A stretch of 64,000 bases of DNA from Mayamaea pseudoterrestris (taxonomy: Eukaryota): the NCBI GenBank assembly GCA_027923505.1, contig BROI01000015.1:310001-374000 (forward strand), given 5' to 3'. The notes beneath the pieces are model-generated. The model saw only the letters and a list, made by a program, of their open reading frames with translations. It was not told the origin of the DNA and made no database searches. Position numbers and translations under genes: made by a program. Each line of letters opens with the position of its first letter. Position 1 is the first letter of the stretch. Positions 31,194-43,096 of this stretch are shown piece by piece.

Positions 31194-34100
31194 TTAACTA
31201 CGCTTTCCTTGTTCGACAATAACTAGCCTCTCCTCTAGACTAGTAATATCTTGCTGCAACCGGAGAGTCGTCGCTTTCGATTCTGCAAGTCTCGCCTTTG
31301 ACTCGCTCCACTCCGCAGATAGCCGATGGTATTCTTCGCACAACTCTTCCGACAAGGCGTTCGACACAGCCTTCGTTTGTTCACCTTCCCCAATAGCACT
31401 GGTTTGAGCATCTTGTCCAGCGGTGAAAGCTTTCGCCAAGGCACTTGAAATGGGAGCGCTTTCCTCCATGCCTCTGCTTGACCCCTGACGAACGACTGAC
31501 ATTCGAACTGTCCGCCGACTCGTAACATTCGCTGCTCGCGCTGGCATGTTACGCTTCCAAGTGAAAACAACATCTTGGTGCGATCGGGGAGCTGGAGAAC
31601 GCAATTGACGTTGATTATATTCTTTGCATTTATTCATCGTTTCCTTCCCTGGCGAAGGCGACAAATGTTCCATGTTGCTGTCGTTGTCATCGAGTAGTAC
31701 AGCAATGGAACGGTTGCCACGTTTGGCATACGATTCACTTTTGCGGGGCGACACTGAGGGAGATATTGGCAATAGGTCTTTACTTGAAGCGACCGGGGAG
31801 TGTGCAAGTGCATTTTTCTTCCCCGGTGATCTGGGGTGCGTTGACAATGCACTGCGCTGTCGTGGGCGTCGGGCTGCTAGTTTAATCGGCTGCTCGGACG
31901 GTGCTTCTGGCGGAGCAGGCATGACCGAGACAGGCTCAATGACTAAAGGATTATTGGACGTGCTTTCCTGCGACAGAGAAGGCAGTGGGTTCGGACGCTC
32001 ATTGACATTCGCAAGTGACATAGGACTGACTGGTGACAAATTACTCGTGGCATCGTTGTCGAGCGCTGGCGCATTTCCATGCGAGTTTCTACTGGTATCA
32101 TGCAATAGCTTTCCGAACGACCCGCCGGGTGCTGTTGTTGTTTCCGGCTCGACATCAGTGTATACACATGTCGCTTCCGCTCCATTCTTTTGTTCCGGTG
32201 ATCGGTGCGAGGGGTTTCTTCCGGATGAACTCTTTTTCGGACTTTTTGCTCCAGAACTGTGCTCAAGGCGTGACTTCTGACGGGAAGATCTTCCAGATCT
32301 ATCCCTTAATGGATCGTTTGAAGCTTTCTTACTCTTAGCATCTCCTCCGACGTCGGCGCATGTCACTTCCTTTGGCTTTCGCTCCTTGCATAAGTTTAAC
32401 GATGCAATGCCGTTAAGACGCAAATCATCATTGGTCGCAACTCTGCGATGGTGGACAGCTGCTGTAGTTGAAATGGTTTCACCACCAGGGCTCATGGCGG
32501 CTGAATGGAATCTTTCTGAATATCCTTTTGCAAATGAACGACGTTTGCCTGGAGAGTCGGTGGATTTACTTGCCCTATCTTTTCCGATCATTTCACTGAG
32601 CCGATTTTCTTGTGGCTGATGGGGCGTAGCGGGGCCGTCAGCTTCTCCAAAGAAATTCGCGGCATCGTTCTCGTGAGTCCTATCGCTGTCCGTAGGCAAA
32701 AGGCTCGTTGCAACCGGAACATTCAATGGCACAGGTGTGTGCTCTTCGACGTAAGTCACATCCTGATCCGCAGTGTCAAGACCTCCAACAGATGCAGCAG
32801 ATGCTGCTTGCATAAGGACACTGCGGGGCTGGTCATTGTCGTCGTTCTTCGAACTTTGGCCTAGACTCGTTTCAGACCCTTTGACAGTCACTACCTGTCC
32901 ACCGCGGTCCCTTCGCGGTTTAATTTCGTTTCGCTTGCGATCTGACTTGTTTGATTTCATTAAACTCGCTTCAGCTTTCACATCCGGTATTTCGTCAGTC
33001 TTTTCCGTGTGTCCTTCCTTGGATCGATGCAACGTGCCACGTCTACGGTGACTTTCATTAGACTCTCTCGACGATGCCGTTTCAGTTGATCGAACGCTCC
33101 GCTGTCTGTCTCTTCTCGGATTTGCTGATAATTCTTTTGATGCAGAATCCTTTATGCTTGGTCTTCGCATGGATCTTGATGTTGAGTTGCGCCTTCTCGC
33201 TCTCCGTTCCGCGTTCTTATCAACGTCTTCCGACAAAGCCTTCGTTTGTCTTTCTGGCCTTTTCCCAGGCGAGTCTTCTTCCTCGAGTATGTATTCCATA
33301 GACCTGTCCATGTCAACACACTCTTCCTCATCGCTCGAACACTCCTCTGGACTCGGACGCGAGAGTGGTGCCAAAGGTTGTTCCGATGACTCCACGAGCG
33401 CGCTTGGACGTTGATCAGCCTCCGATGCCGTTGCTTCGAGAGTCGGCCGCTTAGACTGGTCATCGGAATCATCGTCAGAATCATTGTTATCAAGCTCGTC
33501 TCCATTCATGAGGAGTCCGGCACCAGAGGGCGGTGTTCTATTACCTCCAGGGGCAATTTCTTCGAGCGAAAATTGTGCAAATGATTTTGCAGATTCTCCA
33601 GCCGATATCTTTCGCACCGCCGCTTCAAGCTCTACTTTTGGTGCCTTTGGAGACATTGATCCCTTGCTACTGATGCCTACTCGCAGCAAGCCTTTGGCGC
33701 CGGACAAGAGTCGGCTGGCTCGCTTCCCTGGAGCTGGTTTATTAGCTGCAGCTGCAGCGGCCGCGGATGCAGATGCATGTCTGACTAGATTGTCCGGCAC
33801 TTGCATTGAATTGTCGACCACAATACCGCTTCCACTGCCATGCTGATCCAGCGGGGAACACCCAATATCATTTTCATCGTCATTCATGGTTAGGCTTCCA
33901 GAATTTTCGCTGAATAATCGACTATCCATGCGAGTGTCCTGCAGAGCGTTCCCAGGATCGTCGAACGATCGTAAATTCTGTAAAATACTAGCGGCTGATT
34001 CGTCATCTTGCTTCCTGATTGCAAGGTGCAACATACTATCAGATGCAAGAGCATTGTCAGAGAATATATCTGATTGCTTCTCTCCTTCAGCGGCATGGCA

Positions 34101-34391
34101 AGCTCCATTCAAATGGTTGTTCGATGAGGAGTCGTCGTCATCGTCGTCGTCGTAGTTGGACAGAACAAATGTTTCCTCAATCTCGTCAGCCTCAACTTCA
34201 TTCTCTACTTCCTTTGTAGTTGCAAGTGTATTGTGGTACAACGGAGGCAAGTCAAGTTCTTCATTGGCAGCAGTAGTGCTGAACAACGATGCCGAGCTGG
34301 AATGGAGCAAGGAAATGTCTTCCTTTTCGTCACGCCGTTCGAATACTTTGAGAAAGGCCGCTGGCTTCTTTTGTCGCTTGTGAACGTTCAT
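31194..34391 (-). CDS. Large disordered protein with a C-terminal coiled coil (1065 aa)
   Basis: Uninterrupted long ORF, S/D/E/R-rich, ending in heptads (LAESKATTLRLQQDITSLEERL). Confidence 0.7.
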   Translation of the reverse strand: MNVHKRQKKPAAFLKVFERRDEKEDISLLHSSSASLFSTTAANEELDLPPLYHNTLATTKEVENEVEADEIEETFVLSNYDDDDDDDSSSNNHLNGACHAAEGEKQSDIFSDNALASDSMLHLAIRKQDDESAASILQNLRSFDDPGNALQDTRMDSRLFSENSGSLTMNDDENDIGCSPLDQHGSGSGIVVDNSMQVPDNLVRHASASAAAAAAANKPAPGKRASRLLSGAKGLLRVGISSKGSMSPKAPKVELEAAVRKISAGESAKSFAQFSLEEIAPGGNRTPPSGAGLLMNGDELDNNDSDDDSDDQSKRPTLEATASEADQRPSALVESSEQPLAPLSRPSPEECSSDEEECVDMDRSMEYILEEEDSPGKRPERQTKALSEDVDKNAERRARRRNSTSRSMRRPSIKDSASKELSANPRRDRQRSVRSTETASSRESNESHRRRGTLHRSKEGHTEKTDEIPDVKAEASLMKSNKSDRKRNEIKPRRDRGGQVVTVKGSETSLGQSSKNDDNDQPRSVLMQAASAASVGGLDTADQDVTYVEEHTPVPLNVPVATSLLPTDSDRTHENDAANFFGEADGPATPHQPQENRLSEMIGKDRASKSTDSPGKRRSFAKGYSERFHSAAMSPGGETISTTAAVHHRRVATNDDLRLNGIASLNLCKERKPKEVTCADVGGDAKSKKASNDPLRDRSGRSSRQKSRLEHSSGAKSPKKSSSGRNPSHRSPEQKNGAEATCVYTDVEPETTTAPGGSFGKLLHDTSRNSHGNAPALDNDATSNLSPVSPMSLANVNERPNPLPSLSQESTSNNPLVIEPVSVMPAPPEAPSEQPIKLAARRPRQRSALSTHPRSPGKKNALAHSPVASSKDLLPISPSVSPRKSESYAKRGNRSIAVLLDDNDSNMEHLSPSPGKETMNKCKEYNQRQLRSPAPRSHQDVVFTWKRNMPARAANVTSRRTVRMSVVRQGSSRGMEESAPISSALAKAFTAGQDAQTSAIGEGEQTKAVSNALSEELCEEYHRLSAEWSESKARLAESKATTLRLQQDITSLEERLVIVEQGKRS

Positions 34392-34636
34392 ATTAGGACG
34401 CTAATGCAGTAATGGTACATTCCAGGTTGATGCAAAACCATGATGTCTTGTTCGACGGCAGCAATTGAATCTTGTGTGACCTTGGTGACTGACGCGTGCG
34501 CCCAGCTCGAAACCTTTCGTGGAGCCAGCTGCACTTTGCGACACGAGCTGACTGCTAGGCCTTGACAATGCAATTATACTCAACTACCGGCAATACTACT
34601 TTACTGTCAGTTAGACTTTTAGCTTTCTAGTATATA

Positions 34637-37403
34637 TCATATTCCAGCCGACTCGACTTGATCGCCTGACGAGCGCTTTGCGTTCCGCTTTCCGGACGAG
34701 GGTCCGAACCGAGTCTTCATCTTGTACCTCAACATGTTGCTTCGCGTATATCTTTCCGGCAATCGAGAGTTTACCCATCCTCGTCTGATTGTATCAAACG
34801 CTTGCTTCGTCGCGCCTTGATCCAACTCGCCACGCTCGTAGAGTTGGTCCATGAGACGCAAGACCTTTTCAGCCCTCTCCAATGATCCAGGCTTTCCACT
34901 AAAAACGTGACAAAGAACCAGAGTGGTATACGTCACAGAGTTTGGTCGAACATGCATCACTCCAGACTTGTGCAAATCATTCATCCGATCAATAATTTCT
35001 TGGGCCTTCTCACCCGCATCCGCTCCCTTGGCCGAGGCAAACGCCTTGAGCAGCGTGTTGAAACTTGTCACGTCGGGACAAGCCTTGTGATTGCCATTTT
35101 GATAATCTAAATACATTTCGCGCAGCAGATCACTCGCTCGATCACAACACCCTGCACGCGCCCAAGCATTAATGCAGGCATTAAAAGCAATTTGGTTGGG
35201 CCGTAACGATTCGTCTCCGTTCTTGTACGCCGCTTGAAGCTCGCGCAGTACGCCCTCTGCTCGCTCCGCACTACCAACCTTATCGTCCCCTTTCGAGTTG
35301 GCAAACGCGTTTATAAGCGCCGAATAGCTAACAAGATCGGGCGCTTCGATACTTCCTTTGGCCGCCAAGGCTTTCATGCCATCAAGAAATCGACAGGCTT
35401 GTTCCCCAGCGTTCGTGCTCCGACGATCCGTGGAAAACGACCCGAGCACAGTATTGTAAGCATACCTGCAAGAAGAATGCGAGTTTAACGAATTAAACGA
35501 GCGTTAGACATCACGGATGCCGTCAGCTTCAAGTGGTAAAATTATATTTCGCAGATTACAAGAATCAACATTGTTGGACGAAAGGGGCAGTATACCAATA
35601 CCCGAATCATGCACCGATTGCATAGCACGCGACACATATGTTTACGTACAAATCAGGTCGTGCTGCATCGTTACCACTGTAAAAATCATTTTCCATATCG
35701 TTTAAAATTCCAACGGCGCGTTCTGAAAGACCAGTTTTGGCATACGCATTAATGACTGCCGTGTACGAAAATTTGTCGGGAGTGTACCGTGCATCGCCGG
35801 CATCAGCCCGCATCTTGAGCTTTTGCAAAATCCGCTCCGCTTCCGGCCCGGCAAACGGGATGGCACCGTTCGCGAAGCAAGCGAGATATGCATTGTAGGT
35901 TGTCAAGGATGGCATTAAACTGTCATCATCCTCCAACCGGCTTAACTCTTCCATTCTATCCATAATCGCTTTAATCTTTTCCACCTTATTCTTTCGATCC
36001 GATTGGGCAAAAGCTGAAATGACCGAGGTAAAGTGAAAGTTTGTTGGTTTCAAATTGTCGTGACCAGCCGCAAAGCCCGCGTGCATTTCTTGCAAAAGTG
36101 CTTCAGCCTTTTCGGGTTGCCCCACTTTGGCAAACGCTGTAATGAGGATCAAATAAGTAGTCGCGTTTGGAGACAGTAGATTGCTGTTCTCGACAGTGCT
36201 TATATTCGGGCTCGCATGCTCTTGAAACAATCGAAGAGCATGTTGAACATCGTGCTTTCGTTTTGTCTTTGCAAAACAAGTCAGGAGAGAGTTAAAGACG
36301 TGAATTTTGTTGTATTGGACAAGGTCACCAAGATGTCGATACAGTTCCACTGCCTTCTGCCCCGCATCGTGCTGTTTTGATCGACTGTATGCTGCAATCA
36401 CAATGGCAAGTGCCGCCGAGTCTGGCTTGAGCGTTTCGTCTCCGGCCAAGTAGTTGGCATGCATTCGATGCAACCACTCGTGCGCCCGCTCGATTCCCGC
36501 CTCCGTTCCAATGCGAGCCCATGCGTGAAGAATGGCTCGGTATGTGCGTGCATTGATTGGGATTTGGTATTGGATCATGCGCTCATAAATAGCTTCACAC
36601 TTCAAGGGCGCTTCGCGAGTGCGACCACTAAGGTTCCATGATCGCATAACCAAGTTGCAGAGATTCGTGCTTGGTAGACAATCTGGCAAGCGATATGTGT
36701 CATGGAGCTCAAAGGACCGGTTGAGCAGTTGTTCAGCCATGTCTGGTGTAGCCATGTGATTCCTTTGATCACCAGCGTCACTTGATTGCGCGTGCTCCGC
36801 CTCCAACACGAGATAAAGCGACTTTTCGTTCATTGGAAAATTATATCTCACAAAGATTTGCTCGAGTCTTTCCCAAACAAGGCGCGGCGTCAATTGTTCC
36901 ATTCGCAACTGCTCACGTTCGTCCGACCACCAAACCACTCTCCAATTGTTAAGTATGCGATTGAGCAAGGTCGTATCAATCCAAGAATCATTGTCGTCAG
37001 TCGCTGAGGTTGTCTCGGACATAAAGTAATATTTTCGTTCCTCGAGCAGTCTATCCAACAAAGCAAAGGACGTAATCACGGACTCCACCGAGCGCTGAAT
37101 GGACCACCAGTGCATTAAGTCGTCTGCGTCCATCCACGCCTTCGGCGTCATGGAGCCGACTTTTGATTCAATCATAGCTTGAGCCGCAAGCACATTACTT
37201 TGTGCATCGTGTTGCATGTCGCGCCGAAACTGCCTCGTTTGTACACTGTCGTAGCCTCGATCAACCGACTTTAATGAAGGCTGTTGATCTTGAAGATTGG
37301 GTGCACCGGAAAAGCACCGAATTTGCGTACTTGATAGTCGAGAAGCCGCAACCGATCGTCGCCAAGTCAACGTCCCGGACGAGCGTAGCAATATGCGTTT
37401 CAT
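34637..37403 (-). CDS. Pentatricopeptide-repeat (PPR) protein, probably mitochondrial; intron 35466-35649
   Basis: Repeated P..TY..LI.A.AK motifs. Splicing joins PDL to YAYNTVLGSFS, completing a PPR motif. Arg/Ser-rich presequence ending IRCFS. Confidence 0.92.
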
Positions 37404-37648
37404 TTCTCAATGAACGCTACGTCGTAGAGGCGTCTAATCTGCTCCGTCTTGAGGTAGTGACACAGCTGTTATAGATGATGTTGTTTGTGAATAGGATATC
37501 GTTTCATTTATTAGCCGCTTGTATGGAGTACTTGAACAAGAAAGTCTTCCGTCATGGTCGTCTAACGTCGACTCTCCACTCATTACTTTCGTAACGATGA
37601 GACGAAGACCATCATGGTCTGGAAGTTCTTGCACTGTACGTACTTCAA

Positions 37649-37865
37649 TGACTCAGTTTTCACTGGCACTCGTTTTGAACTATTGCCTCGTGACGATTTT
37701 TCGCTGGCACTCGTTTCATACTATTGCCTTATGACGCAGTTTTCACTGGCACCTATTTCGTACAATTGCTTCGTGACGCAGTTTTCACTGGCACTCGTTT
37801 CATACTATTGCCTTCTGACGCAGTTTTCACTGGCACTCGTTTCGCACTATTGCCTTGTGACGCAG
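37649..37865 (+). repeat. 42-bp tandem array of the same family, 5 full units plus partial TGACGCAG
   Basis: Units start at 37649, 37691, 37732, 37774, 37816 and 37858 (partial); same core as 1375-1667. Confidence 0.97.
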
Positions 37866-38668
37866 CCATTATCCAGCTTTCTACAATTGAATAAACAGTG
37901 CGTCGTCGTCACTGTCAGAGAGACCATCCTCTTGACCATCATAGAGAACGAAAGCAATCGGCAATGCCGTTGTGCCCCTTCACATCCCATCTCTCAGCAA
38001 TCAGATAGCGGCTGAGTAGAATGGACCAGTTAGACGATTTCGATTGCGCTTTATTAGATATGCAAACCGATGGATGGATCCGAATCTTTCAATTACACTG
38101 CACACCCAAAGCATACAAGCCTTTGTAAGAGAACGCAGTGTATACTGTACGTACTACTGTACGCATTTTGCACTTACGTGCATGTATCAACCTGTCATTG
38201 TTTCGAGCCATTGCCGCCTTCATCACTCCAATCTTGGCAAGGCAACTGCATCAGTCCTTCCCTCTTGCCTCGGTCGATTTGTTACTATGTATCATACCGG
38301 CATGATACCTGTATATATTTCTACCGATGCGTTGTCACTGGAAGAATGGACAAGGAAGATGCTCTGGCGTTTATAAGTATCATAAGGACGTAGCTACCTC
38401 ATTCCTTCCGTGGAATATCGACGTGTTGGTTGAGCAGCTTGCGAGATGAGTCACAGGAGCTCCCGGGATGCACGCCGACAGCAAGGGCTTATTTACAAAA
38501 TCGGAACTTTTCACGAGGGCAAGGACGAAAAAGGCCTCCCAGAAGCCAGCCTGTCATCCTTTCTCACATTTTGAGCTCGACAGAGCATAATCAACTTAAC
38601 AATGCTTTCCACTGGTTTGCAATCACATTCTACTTCGTTGTCGACAAGGAAACTACAACAAAGGAGCT

Positions 38669-40150
38669 ATGATGGCAGAAGGTGACAACTCCGGCGAGAG
38701 AGGGCTTCACATCGAAGAAAAAATTATGGAAATATGTGGCACTGATCAAAGCCATGGAGCGATGATTGACGAGGATGAAGATTCAAAGAAAGGCCGCGAT
38801 AATGGACAGGAAGATGAAAAGCCAACTGACGCTTCAATTGATAGTTCATTGGTAGCATCGGAGGCAGCCGCAATAAATTGTAGCTCAGCCTCTTCCACCA
38901 CGAAGCGACTGCGCATCCCCGCCAAGTTTCGCAACAAGAAGCCAGCTGACATGCCTCGTCGACCACTCAGCGCATACAACATATTCTTCCGAGATCAACG
39001 AAGACAAATTATGGAGGATCGACACCGAGGTGTCGTTTCACAACTGAATGCGGCGACGACGTCTACCGGTAGTGGCAGCGGTGGCTTGTTCGAGTCCATG
39101 GCCAGGACGATCGCATCCAAATGGAAGACAATTGCAAAAGACGAGTTGGAACGTTACTCGCAACTCGCCAACGAAGATACACTTCGATACCGTGCACAAA
39201 TGGAGGAATATAACCAAAAATTCGTCGAAGACAAGTCAATGGCAGCCAAGAAAAGACGGGCGGAGAATCGAAAGATGAAGCAAGTAGAGAAGGCACAGAC
39301 TAAAGCGCTCGAGAGCAAGGCAGCGAGTAAGGGTCTAACTTCTCAGCTCCGAGAGGAGGAAACTGTGCATACGGCAGTGCCATCCACGTCACCTAGAAAT
39401 ATCTTGCAACAGAATGTGACGGGCAAATATCCGCACACCGGATCGGCAACTACTGCACACCATTCACAATTCTCCAATGACAATCAAATGCGATTGATGT
39501 TGGCGCATGCCAATGGATTAAGCCAGACGCTCCCATCGATCCAAAATCAAAACCACCTTGTCCAAGAGTATCTTCGCCAGATTCAAACTGCGCAATCGCC
39601 AACGATTCTCACCCAGCAACAGCTATCTCCGGCTCGCTCGCGATTAGCCGCTACAGGGCATCAAGATGGTTCAATGACATCTTTCTATCAAGTTGGCACC
39701 CAGAACCAATGGTCCATTCTACAACTGCTCCACCACCAGCACGTTCAACAGCATTCTCTTCCTACAACATCAACAGCGCATTTTGGCGACTTGAACCAGT
39801 TTTTTACCATGCAGCAACCATACCAGCAAACGAGACAGCTTCATGTGCAACCGCAGCTACAGCTACAGCAGCAGCAGCCGCAGCCGCAGCAACAGATGCC
39901 CAGCCAGTTAGACAATACTGCAGTTGGCTTACTCCTTCAGCAGTTTCAGCAGCAACACTTTAGGCTACAGCAGCAACAAAACATGGTCCATTGGAACACC
40001 AATGCCAGTTTCTATCAGCAGCAGCAGCAGCAGCAGCAGCAAAACCAGCCGCAGGTACAGCAGGAAATCATTCATCGCGAAGACAGCGATAATCTTGATT
40101 CGTCCTCAACTGGTCGGCGGCAGAGGAAAAATTCCGGCAGCCAGGACTAA
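38669..40150 (+). CDS. HMG-box transcription factor (duplicate)
   Basis: Identical translation to 26766-28247. Confidence 0.9.
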   Translation: MMAEGDNSGERGLHIEEKIMEICGTDQSHGAMIDEDEDSKKGRDNGQEDEKPTDASIDSSLVASEAAAINCSSASSTTKRLRIPAKFRNKKPADMPRRPLSAYNIFFRDQRRQIMEDRHRGVVSQLNAATTSTGSGSGGLFESMARTIASKWKTIAKDELERYSQLANEDTLRYRAQMEEYNQKFVEDKSMAAKKRRAENRKMKQVEKAQTKALESKAASKGLTSQLREEETVHTAVPSTSPRNILQQNVTGKYPHTGSATTAHHSQFSNDNQMRLMLAHANGLSQTLPSIQNQNHLVQEYLRQIQTAQSPTILTQQQLSPARSRLAATGHQDGSMTSFYQVGTQNQWSILQLLHHQHVQQHSLPTTSTAHFGDLNQFFTMQQPYQQTRQLHVQPQLQLQQQQPQPQQQMPSQLDNTAVGLLLQQFQQQHFRLQQQQNMVHWNTNASFYQQQQQQQQQNQPQVQQEIIHREDSDNLDSSSTGRRQRKNSGSQD

Positions 40151-40285
40151 GCATATCACTCAACACGAAATAGCACGATTGGAATAAACTGGAATACAAC
40201 AATCTTTCTTATTAGAAAGCAATGAATTGAACGATCGTTTCCTATATAAGAGCAATATAATTGCTAACGTTACTCCTTGTCAAAC

Positions 40286-41215
40286 TCATCCGCCATCAGT
40301 CCTGGCCTCCGTTTCACCAAAAATCTCCGTATCGTCTTCACTCGGCGGAATAATTGTAAGGGGAATACAATCCTGCCAAATTTGACACTCCCATTCAATC
40401 AGTTGCGTACGAATTCGATTGTACACATTGTAAAAGGATACAGCCAATGCCTTGTAGGCCATTTGTCCAAGCAGCAACTTGAGCGGAAGGGCCGCATGGA
40501 CAAACCGTCCCCAGCTCGGCCACTGAATCCACAAGAACCGACTCGTCAAGGCAGCTGACAATAGCTTTTCCCAAAGTGGCAGCGTCAGTAACAAGGCGAT
40601 GAAAATCGTGCCTGCCATGACGGCCGCAAGAACGACTGGCGCATCCAGTAACAAGGAAAGCAGTGTACCCAAAGGAGTCAAGTGATTGTACAGACTAAAC
40701 TGCGAGTCCGGTCGAAACCATGTTCGTAATATCGCATACTGCGAGTGCCAAAGGGGATCTACTTTGGTTGGATCATTTCGTCGGAGCCGATTCAAGGATG
40801 AGAGCGTCACCCAAGCAGTATTGGACCGCAGATCGCTTCCAATGGGCGCCACCACCTTAGTGCCTGGCTCAGCGTCAAACGAGTAAGCGCATGACATTGG
40901 ATTTTCCTCCGTCGATAGTGCACAGTCCCAGTCAACGACTTTGATGGTGTTTTGTTCGGGAGTAACTTGTAAAGCATCAAGACCGCGCTTGACAAGTGCT
41001 TGTCGGAGTTGAAAGGAGCGTGTCTGGAGACAGAGCTGCTGCTGCAGCCGATACGTCTTAATGTCGTCCTTGCTTGCAGACGCGGCTTTTGTAGATCCGC
41101 CTCTTATTTGCGACACGGCAGAGATTAGTTGTCTTGATACATGACGCGCCTGACTTGAAGGAAGTAGCAGGGAAACAACAAGAAGTAGCTTTATTCGCAA
41201 CAAGATTCTCCCCAT
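40286..41215 (-). CDS. Hypothetical membrane protein (duplicate)
   Basis: Identical to 28383-29312. Confidence 0.7.
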   Translation of the reverse strand: MGRILLRIKLLLVVSLLLPSSQARHVSRQLISAVSQIRGGSTKAASASKDDIKTYRLQQQLCLQTRSFQLRQALVKRGLDALQVTPEQNTIKVVDWDCALSTEENPMSCAYSFDAEPGTKVVAPIGSDLRSNTAWVTLSSLNRLRRNDPTKVDPLWHSQYAILRTWFRPDSQFSLYNHLTPLGTLLSLLLDAPVVLAAVMAGTIFIALLLTLPLWEKLLSAALTSRFLWIQWPSWGRFVHAALPLKLLLGQMAYKALAVSFYNVYNRIRTQLIEWECQIWQDCIPLTIIPPSEDDTEIFGETEARTDGG

Positions 41216-41793
41216 CGTCACTTGTCACGTCGCCAATGAGACTTGTATCTGTTTCGCCTATAGAGCACCAAGACAAGATGGAACGGTAGAATTGTCTCGA
41301 CAGGATCGATCAAACTTAAAATCCCATGGTCGACGAGGCGCGGCGCGTGGAAGAAGAAACGTCTGATGTCGCAACGGTTAGATTTAACAATCGCAGAGGC
41401 ACCCACTGCGACTGTCACGGAAACGACTGACACGGTGAAAATTGATACGATCACGGCTGGCTAGCAGCTGTGAATATTCTATTTAACCATCAAGTGCTTC
41501 AACTTCAATGAAAAAGATGAAAACTGTGGAAGGGCACAGATGCAGTTCAGAAATAGTGACGAGGAAGGACAGGTGCAAGGATACACATTCGCATCTTGTG
41601 GTCCATGACATGGAAGTTCATCCGCACTTCTGTAATCACAAGTTCCAGCGTACCGTATCACCGCTATTCTTCCAAATGATTGTCCGAAAGATTTGCCGAA
41701 GCAACTTCCTTGCGTGGTGTTTTACTCTCACAATTTTGCACGAGCGCATCGTTTAATTCTCAATTCGCCGCTTTCCTTTGATCCAACAACATC

Positions 41794-43020
41794 ATGATGA
41801 AACAGTCTACCTCCACAACCATCATGACTCTGCTTTATCCGCTTCCAACCATTATTCAAGAAACCTACAGCTACTCGGAGGAGGAAGAGGAGGACGGTCC
41901 ATTTGCTGATTCTTGCGATGTTCTATCGGTTGGATCTTTTATCGGAGAAACTTTCGAGGAGGAACAGGAACACCTACAAGTTCCACAAGTACTTGTAACA
42001 TCAAACCGTCGCCCTCCCATTCGACATGTTCGAACCTACTCTGCGGAAACCTCCTTTCCAACCCTTTACCCAGGAACGCCATTGGATGTCATCCAAGTCC
42101 AAGATGATGACGCCGACCTCGGCGTTGCCATTGCTGTCAAGACGACTGTGTCTGGGCAGCAGCAGCACTGGGGAACGCTCATGACTGCCATGAACGAAAC
42201 CATTTTCAGTTCACACTGCACCACCATCTCGGATGCGACTACCTTTTCATCTTCTCTCATGGTGGAGCTGCCAAAGTCTGTCTCGACTGACAACTTGATG
42301 GATGAAACCGACTTGCCGCCGCAAGAAATTCAGTGGACGACTCCTTCGTCGCCGGTTTCCGTTAATGAGAATGACGGCTTGCTCCACAATATTTGCTTCT
42401 CCTACAAGCCAACCGATGACGACTCTGCCGCCAAGATGCTGCAACTTGTACAAGAGATACTACAGAAGGATCCTCAAAGCTTGATGCGCAAGCATGTTGT
42501 GCACTCGACCAAGTCAGTTTATCATCCACAGACGCAAGGAAAGGTGGACCGTCACATCAAGGCTCCCTACCAATACCCGCTGCACATGGCACTGGCCAAT
42601 AAGAGTGTTCCCGCACCTCTCATTCAAGTGTTATTGGAGGCAGCGCTGAAACTTGCCAAGGCTGGCTGGACGAATCCATTAATGCTTCTGGATGGTCATC
42701 AACTCGAGACACCGCTCATGGTTCTATTGAAACATCAGCCACAACAAGTCAAGCTAATGGATGAACTCATTCTTTTGGCGCCAGCATCAGTGGCGCTTCA
42801 AGACCGTCGGGGTAGCACTGCGCTTCATTTGGCTGTCAGGCATGGAGCAAGCCTCGTGGCGATTCGCCAGTTGGTTACTGTCGATCCAACAAGCTGCCTC
42901 GTGGAGAATCGATTGCAGCAAACTCCATTGACACTGGCGCAGCGGAATGCGGCCATTGATACCGGTGTGTTGAATTTTTTGAGCACAAAGACCCACGGTA
43001 ACAACGGGCGGCTGTGGTAA
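41794..43020 (+). CDS. Ankyrin-repeat protein (paralogue B, copy 2)
   Basis: Identical to 29891-31117. Confidence 0.87.
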   Translation: MMKQSTSTTIMTLLYPLPTIIQETYSYSEEEEEDGPFADSCDVLSVGSFIGETFEEEQEHLQVPQVLVTSNRRPPIRHVRTYSAETSFPTLYPGTPLDVIQVQDDDADLGVAIAVKTTVSGQQQHWGTLMTAMNETIFSSHCTTISDATTFSSSLMVELPKSVSTDNLMDETDLPPQEIQWTTPSSPVSVNENDGLLHNICFSYKPTDDDSAAKMLQLVQEILQKDPQSLMRKHVVHSTKSVYHPQTQGKVDRHIKAPYQYPLHMALANKSVPAPLIQVLLEAALKLAKAGWTNPLMLLDGHQLETPLMVLLKHQPQQVKLMDELILLAPASVALQDRRGSTALHLAVRHGASLVAIRQLVTVDPTSCLVENRLQQTPLTLAQRNAAIDTGVLNFLSTKTHGNNGRLW

Positions 43021-43096
43021 ACAATTACTACAGTTGGGAAAATACTTGTTAAATATACACACTAAACATGTTTACATTATGTGAATTTTTCACTTT

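Larger units (their letters stand above)
26132..38034. repeat. Segmental tandem duplication, copy 1 (11,903 bp)
   Basis: ORFs lying wholly inside this interval recur with identical translation at +11903. Identity begins at CGATTTCGATTGCG (26132/38035) and ends at ATGGACCAGTTAGA (38034/49937). Confidence 0.98.

Noticed and set aside
37614..38015. 133-aa ORF across the second array (also 49517-49918)
   Set aside because: Its repetitiveness (TQFSLALVSYYCL) is a by-product of the 42-bp unit, and it changes repeat frame internally.
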